Below, one piece after another: positions 24,781 to 37,100 of a stretch of DNA of 64,000 nucleotides (the stretch's first letter is position 1; each line of letters begins with the position of its first letter). A program made the position numbers and the translations under genes. The notes below the pieces were generated by a model that saw only the letters and a program-made list of their open reading frames with translations, was not told the origin of the DNA and ran no database searches. This DNA is from Macrostomum lignano (lineage: Eukaryota): positions 62,001-126,000 of the forward strand of contig NIVC01001606.1 of NCBI GenBank assembly GCA_002269645.1, read 5' to 3'.

Positions 24781-25172
24781 TTGAATTGTTCGAAGATTTT
24801 AAGGCTGATTTAATTACGAGTATAACGTTCAACTAAGTAGGCAAGTTAGGAAATTCGTTGAATTTGTTTATTGCAGTGTTATAATTCTCTCAAAATTATA
24901 TTTAAAAGTTTTGTTTTAACGCTCAAAATTAATAATAACAAAGTTTTGCTCGATTTTGTCAAAATTAGAAAAGTCGTTCATAGATTGCCGATAAAGACAT
25001 GGCAGACATTAAATTGTCCTGATACCTTTGTTACCAACGCAATTCAACTAATTGGCAAAGCGCTTTTTCGATACATATCGTGTCTGGATTTGCTGCTAAA
25101 TTTTTACTTCATTAGCTGTAGCAAAACTTTAGTCAGTTGGCAGTCTTAGACAGACTGCATCGGGTAAAAGTT

Positions 25173-28100
25173 TTAATCGGTTTCCAGTCTAGTCGCTTTA
25201 TCGGCGCCATTAACAGTTGCTATGGCAACATCAATAGCGTCCATAGCAACGCGAGCGAATCGCGCTAGCCGACCGGCCAACCTTCGCCATTCCGCCGGTC
25301 TCAGCCGAGGGACCCGGGCTCGAATCTGCGCTCGAAACTGGGCCACTCCAGTGCCGCCCAGCTCGGAGCAATCGGCTCGACACCTTGGTTGCCATGACAA
25401 CACCTGGTTGCTATCCAAACCGGTTAGTCGTTGGAAAATATCGGATCGACGCTTGGTGCGCAGCCACAGTCGAGCCAGAGCGAGGAGTTCGCTGTCAAGC
25501 TCCGGTAACGGGTCCAGCTTCATCGACATCAACCTTCGCACCTCGTAGCCCATATCATCTAGCCAGTCATAGAGGCGCTTGTAGTCAGCCAGGTGGGCAA
25601 ACAGAATGCCGTGCAGGCGAGCGGCAGCCTCGGACCCCATGCTCGCGAGGCTGTTCTGCATCACTTGAGCTGCTGTGGAGTACTCGAACGAATCGTCTGG
25701 CGTGAGGAAATTCTGCAGCCAATCTTGAGAAATGGGGATTTGAGTTTTGATTTTGGATTTGCAAACAAAACTGGAATTCAGGGAGTGGAAAGTAGGGAGT
25801 AGAATGTAGGGAGCGGAATGTAGGGAGTAGAATGTAGGGAGTAGAATGTAGGGAGCGGAATGTGGGAGCAGGCTATTAGAAGTGGACTGTGAGTAATATT
25901 AAGGAAGGAGCTGGGATGCAGGGATTGGGATGCAGGGACTGAGATGCAGGGACTGAGATGCAGGCAATGGGATGCAGGGACTGGGATGCAGGGACTGGGA
26001 TGCAGGGACTGGGATGCAGGGACTGGGATGCAGGGACTGGGATGCAGGGACTGGGATGCAGGGACTGGGATGCAGGGACTGGGATGCAGGGACTGGGATG
26101 CAGGGACTGGGATGCAGGGACTGGGATGCAGGGACTGGGATGCAGGGACTGGGATGCAGGGACTGGGATGCAGCTACCATAATCCAGTCTCACGCACAGA
26201 TATCATATTCGGCCTCGCTGTAGTCCTGTCTCGCTTCCGCAGGCCGCTGGTCCAGCTCCCGGAGCCGCATCCAAGCCCGTCTCAAGCGGCCAAGGTGCCC
26301 GGAGACGGCGTGTCGCCAGCGAAGGGCCAGACGTTCCAGAGCAGTCTGCAACCAACCTGGTGCTGAATAACTTCCCGGTAGCCTCGACTGAGGCAACTGA
26401 AACCTCCGCATCTGATTCCTAATAGTCAATATTCTTTGCCAACCAAATTTCCACACTCGGTTGCTAAGGCCGCCAAATCTGCTTAGCAACGGCGTTGCTA
26501 CGGATTTCAAGTAGAATTCGTCCCTGGATGAAATCTGGCGAATGAAATTCCACCCAGCGGTCAGGTCGGAGGCCGCGAGGGTCACGTCGGAATCGGGTCG
26601 GGCCTGTTGGGTTTTAAAGTACACGTAGAATGATGTCTGGTTATGGTGTTCTGTTGGCTTCACATTTCAAGTAGTGGAGCTTGTATATTCGCAATGAAAC
26701 ATCATAAAAAAACATTTGAATAATCAGCGGCTCACCTGCCATGCGAACAGCTCGTACTGAAGTGCATCGCCAGAACCTGTGAGAGCAACGCGAGAGCCTT
26801 CGGCCAGGGCTTGACGCAGCGCTGAGGCAGAGGGCAAATTGGCAATCAGTCGTGAATTGATGATGGACAGAAGCTGGACCTGACGGATGAGTTGCATTAC
26901 AGTCAAATAAAATACAGCAGCTTCAACCATTTAATCTATATCTAACACTATTCAAATCGTGTCTAACACTATTCAAATCGTGTCTAACACTATTCAAATC
27001 GTGTCTAACACTATTCAAATCGTGTCTAACACTATTCAAATCGTGTCTAACACTATTCAAATCGTGTCTAACACTATTCAAATCGTGTCTAACACTATTC
27101 AAATCGTGTCTAACACTATTCAAATCGTGTCTAAGACTATTCAAATCGTGTCGAACACTATTCAAATCGTGTCTAACACTATTCAAATCGTGTCTAAAAC
27201 TATTCAAATCGTGTCTAACACTATTCAAATCGTGTCTAAAACTATTCAAATCGTGTCTAACAATATTCAAATCGTGTCTAACACTATTCAAATCGTGTCT
27301 AAAACTATTCAAATCGTGTCGAACACTATTCAAATCGTGTCTAACAATATTCAAATCGTGTCTAACACTATTCAAATCGTGTCTAAAACTATTCAAATCG
27401 TGTCTAACAATATTCAAATCGTGTCTAAAACTATTCAAATCGTGTCTAACACTATTCAAATCGTGTCTAACAATATTCAAATCGTGTCTAACACTATTCA
27501 GATGATCGTGTCTAACACTATTCAAATCGTGTCTAACACTATTCAAATCGTGTCTAACACTATTCAAATCGTGTCTAAGACTATTCAAATCGTGTCTAAC
27601 AATATTCAAATCGTGTCTAACACTATTCAAATCGTGTCTAACACTATTCAAATCGTGTCTAACACTATTCAAATCGTGTCTAACACTATTCAAATCGTGT
27701 CTAAGACTATTCAAATCGTGTCGAACACTATTCAAATCGTGTCTAACACTATTCAAATCGTGTCTAACAATATTCAAATCGTGTCTAACACTATTCAAAT
27801 CGTGTCTAACACTATTCAAATCGTGTCTAACACTGTTCAGATGATCTTGTCCAACACTATTCAGATCGTGTCTAACACTATTCAAATCGTGTCTAACACT
27901 GTTCAGATGATCGTGTCTAACACTATTCAAATCGTGTCTAACACTGTTCAGATGATAGTGTCTAACACTATTCAGATGATCGTGTCTAACATTATTTAGA
28001 TTATCGTGTCTAACACTATTCAAATCGTGTCTAATACTGTTCAGATGATCGTGTCTAACATTATTCAAATCCTGTCTAACACAATTCAGATCGTGTCTAA

Positions 28101-31100
28101 CCCTAAGCTACAAAACGGCATAAATTATTCATAAAACCGCGCACATGAAACACCGGCTCTCTGGGCAGACGCCACGAGGTCGCCAACTCCATCGAGCCGT
28201 TGCGACTCAGGTGGAAGCCGGCAAAACCGAAGCTCACGTTGGCCGGCACAGATTCGCTGAACCATAAATCAATTTTTCTGGCATCTTTGACGCTGTCGGA
28301 ATCGGAGTTGACTGCCAGGGCACCGGCGTGAGCTGCGGTTCCGTTGAAGACAGCAAACAGCAAGGCGGGCACTTGAGTCGGCCAGTAGATTCGATGCTGC
28401 CTGTTCAGCAACCCGCTGCTCACTTCAATTTGAGCATCGGAATTTGCGGCATCCACAACTGCCAGAACTCTTGCCGCAGCAGACTCTTTTTCTGATCGAG
28501 TTCTGTTGCCACCAGTGCCGCCTCGGGAAGTCAGGAGCTGCCAGACCAGGCGACCGGAGGCTTGGTTGAAGCTCAGGTCTAACAGGGGACCATCTTTTAT
28601 CTGAAAGGAATTGCAAGTGACAATTAGTCAAGCATCGAATTGAGAGTCAAAGTTCTAACAACTTCAATCATTGAGCTACAACTTACCGAGAAATAGAATC
28701 GCTGAAATGGCGCCAATTCAAATTCGATCTGATGCGCTATGCCACCACGATGAACATTTGACATCGACTTGCCAAGTAAAATCTTCATGCGACCATTGCG
28801 CAAGGCTACAGGACCGATGCGCTCCATCTTCGCAGGCAAATCTGCTCCAGCTTCCATTCGAGAAGTCGCATCCGGCGTGATTAGGCTAGCAAAGATTTGC
28901 AATCTTTTTAAAGAAACTTCCTGCAGAAGTGACGCCTTTAAATCGAGACGAATTGCGCGAGTCAAAGCAACCAACAACTGCATTCTGGTAGCATTAGAAG
29001 AGAGGCTGACCACCAAACCTGGCGAAGCAAGATAAGGTGAAGTAAGTTCAATCGTGTAGTTTAGCGAACTGCCACTCACTGTGAGACACCGCAGCTTATT
29101 GGCGTCAAAGGGCCGATTGATTGCATCGGGCCAGAGCATCAGCTCCCACAAATTGGCAGTCAATCGACGTTGCACCAGTCGAATCGTGCGCCAGGGAAGT
29201 CGCAGTTCCGTTGTACCATTGCTGGGCGAGTTGCTAAGCACAACACCCGAGGTTCGTCGGAAATCCGGCGTTAAATGCCACTTGGAAACGCCAGCGATTG
29301 TTGTTCGTGAGACTTTGAAATGTCGGATCATTGTGTAACACTCGAACTGCCAATTTTTCACATCGCTGCTAGCATTGAAGGCGATTCGTACTTGGTCTGT
29401 CATTGAGAAGTGAAGCAAAGGTGCTCGGCTTTTCATTAGATACGGTAGAACTACCCGACCGCGACAAGCACTCTGGTTAGTGCTGGTTTCAGCGTTGAAT
29501 TCCGCAATTCCAGTTTTACTAGCAGAGACTTGAACTGCCAATAGTTGCTTTGCTTGCTCGCGACACACAACACCTGCTGTGGCTTCTCCGTTAGCAGATT
29601 TCCAGTTGACCTCGGCTTCGTAGTGTAGGGCTTGAATCAACTTGAAACCTTTAGTCATGACAGTACCTATCAGTTTGCTACCTTGGCTTTTCGTGACTGC
29701 TTTAGCAATAGTGACGTCAGCTTGCTGAAGACCGCCATCAGCTTGATAGGTGCACACAAGACTGACATTCCGAACTTTCAACTGCGAATCCAAAGCAACC
29801 ATGCGAACAATATTGAGAGACGCGGGCCTCAGCAAACTCAAAGTTGGTGCTGTAAGATTCGCCGCAAATTTCAAACTCTTAACATTGTCTTGATTATTCC
29901 ATGGAAATTGAAACAGATTTGGGTAAAGCATATCAAGTTTATCTGCAGAGTCAGCAAGGCTTACTTTCAAGCTGTTTTGTGTGATATCTACGTCTCCGAA
30001 ACCATTTGAACTGCCAAAGATTTGCACCGTACGACTTGCAGTCTTGTGATTCCAGAAAATGCGCCAAGAATTTGATACAGTCTCTATCTGCGCTTCGGAG
30101 GCGGCCGCTGACAGCACGACGCGATGGCGGTGACGAAATCGCCAGCTGGACCAGAAGTCAAGATTGAGAAGGCCATTGGACAGCCAGTCATCCGGAGTCC
30201 AAACGGCGGTCAGGTTGACAGGTCCAGGAGGTGTTGGTAGACGGAGCGCTAGTCCGGGAGCCAGAGGCACTCGACCATCAAAGCTGCCGTTTGCACTATG
30301 AATCAGCGACAACGAGCTTGTGCTAATCCCCAGTTTAACAGAAGCTAGATTAGCACCTCGACCAAAAACAGCACGAATGCGACTGGGCCAGTCAGCCTCA
30401 ACATCTAAAGTACCAACAGTGGTCTCTGATGAACTTTTGGCCCGATGCTGCGAATTCAGACGAAAACGAAATCTTGCAAGGCTGGTTGCTTGGACTGACC
30501 AGTTGAAGTCGACTGGCGCGAATCCACTGGCAGTGATGCGAAGACTGCTAGGACCATCAGGCTGTTGAACTGAGTATTTGGTGCCGCGGATGATCACTGA
30601 AGACTGGGCTGTTGGATCTGGGTCCAAGCGAGTGCCTCGGAAGCGAACGTCTGCTGTCACAACGTCGCCACCATCGTTTAGAAACAGTCGCCATCTCTTT
30701 CTGCCATTTTCTCCTACAGTAGCTTCTTCGGTAGCATTCAGAGTCACTGCCGGACAGATTACCCGGAGACCACTGGAAATCACGGGGTTTTCGCTACTGC
30801 CATTGCTAGTTTGGCGGTAAATCCGACCACTTAGAAGGTCCATTCCTGCAGTTGCTCCACTCAGCGTCAATTCAAAGTCGCTATCATCAATGCCGCCTCC
30901 TGAGGTCAGGCCGACGCTGGCGTTGGCAACAAAGGCCTCAATGGAGTTCACACCGAAGGCTATGCCGAGAACCCAGTCATCGCGTCGACGTATGTAACCT
31001 TTTGGATCGAAATTTCTATTGCTGATTCGGCGAGCATCAAAAATCCTTAGCGACTCGCCGTGCGCTATTCGGTCAATATAGGTAGCTGCCGGAGTGGCAA

Positions 31101-34100
31101 CAAACTCGAGTTGCTGCAGCGACCTCCATGACGTCTTGATAAAACCGCGCAAATTTGTTTCCCCGCTTCCTGCCAAGACAGCTGCAACGCTAGCATTCAG
31201 AAGCTGCGGCTCAAAAGTCAATATCAAAAGATTGTTCTGATAGTGCACTCGAGCTTTTAAATTAGTCAGCGTCTCGTCAAACTCGTGCTCGTACAGCGCA
31301 ACGAAATTGGAGCTTGGACCCGACAGAGACGCGGACACGAGAGCTACCCGACGCGACAGTTGGCAGCGGAGCTCCGCCGAACATCGGCGCCAGTGAGCGA
31401 CCGGCGTCGCCAATCCAAGGCGCAGATGCAGCGGCCACCAGCAAGCAAGCACCTCCACCCCGGCCACCGGCTCGAGGCCAAAAGCTGACACAGGAGACGT
31501 CAGCCACCAGGCAAGGTCGACCTCCCCGCGCCGAGTCGCAATCAGTCGAGCTGACAAGCGAAGCTGCTTAGCGATGTCAGAAAAAGGCGCCGCATCTTCC
31601 AGTCCGTACAGATCCAGGGCCTGAAAATTTAAACAGCAAATAAACATCGTGGATAACTCGAGAAATCCGAACTCAAACAAAACATCTTACCTGCTCAACA
31701 GTCAGATTGAATAACGGAAGCTGATTTGAAGCGCCATTGAACGTAACACCACCGCGTCCTCGGGCATCAGCTCTAAACTCATGTCCGTAGCGCACGTACC
31801 TTACAGTAGCAGCATAGCCTTCAGCAACGTCTGAGCTACGATAGTCGAGTCCGATTTGCTCTATTTTCGGTTCCGACGTATTTAACAGGAAAGTCAATCG
31901 TCCACCACTTGAAGGACGCTTCACTGCCAGGTGGATATCTGGGCCCCATCTGTTGTCGATGCTAGTTCTCTCAAAGTCCAATCGCATACTGCCGAGTTTG
32001 GGCCAGCTAATTTCGAGCCTCTGACGAGCCCGAATGTTCGGCTGCTCAGCTAAAAGTCTAAGCAAACCAACTGACAGGTTGATTGCTCCTGAGAAATTGA
32101 AGTTACCGGCGCTAGCACCAGTGGTAGGGCTGGTAGCCTTGATAAGGATAGAAGCAGTTCGCGATGATAAGTTCCAGTCAGCTGTCAGCAGTCCCTGTCT
32201 TCCGCTTACGTACGACCGAAGTTCAAACTGCACGGAGGCTCTCTCAGCTGGCCAGTTCGATAGTTTTGCACGAAGCTCGCCGCGGCCGGCGACTTCAAGC
32301 GTTGCTTGAACCTGACGCTGTAGCTTGAGAACTCTGACATCCAACAAGACCTGCGAGCTGCCCCAGCCTTTCTGCAGGACATGCCGATGCAGCAGTCGCA
32401 AGTCTACTGCATCAATGTCTGTCTGAACACTGGCTAAAAGGCTGTTCCCGAGACTGAATGTCATGTTCTGACGAGCTCTGACTGTACTGAGCAGCTGCCA
32501 AAGTTGGCGCAAGAAAGCTGCAGTCACTGCGTTGGCGCTTGCGCGATCGATCGCAACAAAATCTGCGCGTACGAGCTGTCGGGCAGCTTTCACCGTGGCG
32601 TCATCAACAGCGGCTTGGGTGGAAATTTTCAAACCGCCGCTGCGTAGGAGATGCGAGTTATTTGAAGTTTCAACAGTGAGAGCGTAGCCGACTCGATGCC
32701 ACCATGTTGATGCACTGGCTGAGTAGTTTTCAGCCAGCTCAACCTGCTGTTTCATCCTGAACAGGCACTTTCCGTTTAGCTCGAACAAGCTGACAAGTTT
32801 GAAGAAACCTCTGCGATAGGCAAGCCAACTGAGTTGATTTGTCAGGCTGAAGTTTCTCGGCACAAGGCTGCCATCTGCGCTGATCTGATGCGTCAGACCA
32901 CGGTTCTCAGGCAGGTGCAACAAGGATTGTTGAAAGTAAATTGCGTTCTTGGAATGCTTAGGTTCTCGGAATCTCTGCGTGTCAATTGTCAATCGCAGAG
33001 ACTGGTTCAGTGAGGTCAAAGCTGGCCAGTAGTGCTTGATATTGAATGCTATGCCGTCAGTTTCTTTATAAATTCTCATACCGCTGGGAGAACGAATAAA
33101 CCGAACATCTAGGTTGAAGCTTTCCAGTGGCGCCGGACGAAATACGCCATCTGCAGTTTCGATTAACCCCATGGAAGCTGCTACAGTTGTCGATCTGCTT
33201 GAATTTGATGACAAAATCGTCAAAGCTCCACGAGCTTGACACAGCGACATGAAGTTACTGCCGGCATCAGACACAGATAGGTTCAATAGAGCCTTTGGAA
33301 CTTCTAGCCTTTGCCCGAGAGTGCCAACAAGGCTAAATATTTCACCGCCACCAGACAGTGCGAGCCATTTCTCACCTCGCGTCTCTGCTAACGAAACATT
33401 GATCGTGTCGGTTCTGTCAGAAAAAACATCAGACGGCAGCATTGAAAAGCTTCTTCCAAGCGCGCTATGAGTAAATAACTCAAGTCGATGCCCTAAACTT
33501 AAATTTAGGGTACCTAAGCCATTTTCAATGCCAGCTCGGCTCACGGAGGTTTCAAGTCGATGCCGCATCCATCCAACCCCAAGTTGTCGGGCTTCTGTCG
33601 ATTGAACAAACACCAGCTTATCTGAGGAACCATTCGACACGCGACCGCCAGAAATTCCAAAACGCGCAGAGGCCGTCTCATTACTGCCTGATTCGGTTAG
33701 CCGCGCAGAAACTGCTGCTTCAAAATCCGAGGCACGAAGTCGCAAAGTTCGAGCCAAAGTGAGGCTTCCAAAGTCGCCATCTAAACTGTTGATACGCCGG
33801 CTGCCGTTGGGAAATCTCACAGTGAGTTGATCAGTGCCGGACACTGCATCGGAGACCAAGTCTAGACCGAATCTCTGCCAGGATCTGTCCACTCTGGACA
33901 CGTCGCCAGTCAGTCTGATAAAGGGAAGTGAAAAAGTACACCTTTGTCTTCATAAACCAAGTCCAGAGCTTGGGGCTCAACAGTAATGGGTCTGAACTTT
34001 GTGCCAAATTGATCTGATTATGACAGCAATAGCTGCAGGATATGGTTGCGGGCATTCTGGCTTCGGCGAAATCGTCAAATAATTGTGCCCGTTCCTCTGG

Positions 34101-37100
34101 ATCCTGAGCACAATACAAGCGCGCCAACACTGTACGCAGACAAGCACTCATGCACACGCTCGAACAGGGTGCACAGGGAGGGGCCCTGCCTTTCTAATCG
34201 TCAGGCAGGAACACTCTTTGTGCCTTGGGGTTGTCCCTCATGGGTTGAATCAAAGCACTGGTCAATTTTTGTGCACGAGCCCCAAATGATACGCACCGCC
34301 AATCTGAGCTGTTGCGGCTCCAGTTTCCAAGAAACGAGTAGCTCTGGCTGCCAGCCAACAACTGGGCAGCGGCGATGCCTCCTCCAGCCTGCAGACTCGA
34401 GTTGAGACTCACCGGAAACACCGGGTTGCTGGCGTCGAACTTTAAAAAGCTGCCTTCCGAAGTATTTAGCGAATTAATTGTCAAACCGAAGTGTCTCTGA
34501 GGAGAGTTTCGGTTTCCAAAAACTATTTTGGTCTCTGACATGGTCTCGGTGGTTTTCTTTTCCAGTGTAGCTTCAAACAGTTCAGCCTTGGGATCCTGCA
34601 AATGGCGGAAAAATGTGTAACAGATTTAATCTTTTTTAATTTTGTAAAATAATTACACCCGCCTAGTTATTGCGCGACGCATCTGAAGGCTGCGTACAGC
34701 TGGTCAGTCCAATGACTAAGAGAGGTCGCCAGCCACACAACAACAACAACAACAACAACAGAGTACGCTGCCAGATCACAAAAGCAGCGTCAGATGGCGC
34801 GCTTCAAAGCTTGGGCGCGAACAAAGCAGCCACACACAGTCTCAATTACTCCAGCTAATGCTGGCACCAATTTCACAGCTGGGTGAACTGAAGCAAAGCA
34901 GAGTTACAAGTGTCTTTCTCAAGGACACAAATTGTTCCATTGGGATCGGGAATCGAACCCCGAACTTCAAGTCGTGAGTCCGACGCTCTAACCACTAGGC
35001 TACAACCCTCCACTGCTACAGCCCCACTAGGCTACAACCCCCCATTGGGCTACAACCCCCACTAGGCTACAACCCCCACTAGGCTACAACCCCCACTAGG
35101 CTACAACCCCCACTAGGCTACAACCCCCCACTAGGCTACAACACCCAACTAGGCTACAACCCCCCCCCCCACTAGGCTACAACTCCTACTAGGCTACAAC
35201 CCCCAACTAGTCTACAACCCCCCCCCCCACTAGGCTACAACCCCCAATTAGGCTACAACCCTCCCCCAACTAGGCTACAACCCCCAACTAGTCTACAACC
35301 CCCCACTAGGCTACAACCCCCAACTAGGCTACAACCCCCACTAGGCTACAACCCCCCCCACTAGGCTACAACCCCAACTAGGCTACAACCCCCAACTAGG
35401 CTACAACCCCCACTAGGCTACAACCCCCAACTAGGCTACAACCCCCAACTAGGCTACAACCCCCAACTAGGCTACAACCCCCAACTAGGCTACAACCCCC
35501 AACTAGGCTACAACCCCGTCATATTCCCCCCAGACCCTCCAGGTATTTTATAACCTTATTAAATATCGTTTACAGATTATAAACTCACCTGTCGCTCTAA
35601 AATTAGACTAAACTTACTCCACTGTCTCTGCTTTTTAACGCTGGCGCAAATGTTGTGGCCCGTGATAGTTCTGGAAAAAGCTCGCATGCACAACTGCCAA
35701 GATTGTCTTGATGAAATGTCGTCTTGATTTTCAGAAATCCAGGTGTCATTAAACACTGGATTTTTCGCATCATTCTTGCCTTCAGCCAGAACACTCATCA
35801 AGCGCACTCTGAGCAGCTCCTGACGTTGCAGGGGCGATCGAAGACCCACAGACAGGCCCCATCCATCAGAAGTCTGCCAGCGCCAGAACAGCTCCACTGA
35901 GAGATCGCCGTCGCCAGAGATGCCCAATCGATGGATGACACTTGAACGCGAACTCCGCCTGCCCATGGACAACCCTGATAGATGGACTGAGCGACTGGCA
36001 TAAACTGAGAAGCTCGGCTGCAGCATGACGGAGCCATCGGTTCGAAAGCTCTCAGTCACAGACGGTGGCCGCCGTGACACACCGCTATTTGCAATCAGTG
36101 CCGCCTCGCTTGATATCAAGAGGGCCTGCGAGTGAACATGGCTGAAGATTAAAGATAGAATCACGTGTTTCAAGCAGATAACTTCAAAAAGAGGAGGCTT
36201 TCTCTTAACTTCCATCACTTCGGTCGAGAAATATCTGTTCTACGAGTATAAATGGCTCCAGATATTGCAAAGTTAGCGGTGAAAAAATATGAAAATTTCT
36301 ATTTTGCTGAAGCATTTTTGCAGCTAAAACCCTGTCTTTAACGAAATTCGCAAAAAATCGCAAGTTTTGCGTACTTCTAGTTTTCGTTTTTTGTGATTTT
36401 TTATCTTAGGAGAGTTGAAGATTCGGTTTCCCTACCTGTCCAAGGCTTGTAGTCACTTGCAATGTTGTCGGCATCAAAACAGACTCAATTGTCGCAGACA
36501 TCCACGTGTCGTCCCACAGAAGCCGCTGCAAATCGCCAATAGAAGACTCGCCTGTCCAGTCAACTGCTACAGTAACATCGCCTCTTCTTCTGATGACCGC
36601 CGTATGATCACCTGGGCCGTTAGAAAACCGTCGAATCAATTCCGCATCCAGCAGTGGAACAGCAAATCCAGTCATCTGGTTATGTAGGGTCAGTTGAAAC
36701 TCGGCTCGAGTTGGCATCGAGATTATCACCGCATCAGCGCTTTCCCAGTCAATCTCATAGCTGATATCAATCAGGCCGTCTACCAGCTGAAACCTGTCGG
36801 CGCGAACCGACGGTTTCGACGCCCGGTCGATGGAGAAAAGCGCCGGAGGTTTCTCCACCAATTGACGCAATTGCCTCAGAGCTGCGTCGCTTTTCAACGC
36901 AGAGTCCTGTGAAAGTGACGATTCCAGTTTTTCGAGCCGTTTCCGAGCGACAGAGTGTGCGTAAGTGGCTAAGGCTGCGTCAGCTGGGTTGCTGCTGTTC
37001 CACAAGCGTTCGATTGCAGTGGAGAGAGACGTTGGACTGAAATATTAGTGTCATTAGGGTCTTTATTAATAAAATTAGCAGTTCAAAGTCACTGTACCGG

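Noticed and set aside
26923-28068. 381-aa HDLNSVR-repeat ORF and the opposite-strand 346-aa SNTIQIV ORF
   Set aside because: Translations of a 21-bp minisatellite inside a phase-consistent LLTP intron; a unit length divisible by 3 explains the open frames.
28769-32309. Multiple 60-125-aa + strand ORFs over the LLTP exons (likewise over the LRAT genes)
   Set aside because: Antisense shadows of long GC-balanced coding exons, with no motifs or splice support.
34940-35008. tRNA-like sequences (also 37440-37507, 39200-39275, 42350-42412) as tRNA genes
   Set aside because: A/B boxes are present but there is no convincing acceptor stem. Three continue into SINE bodies; the fourth is too degenerate to call.
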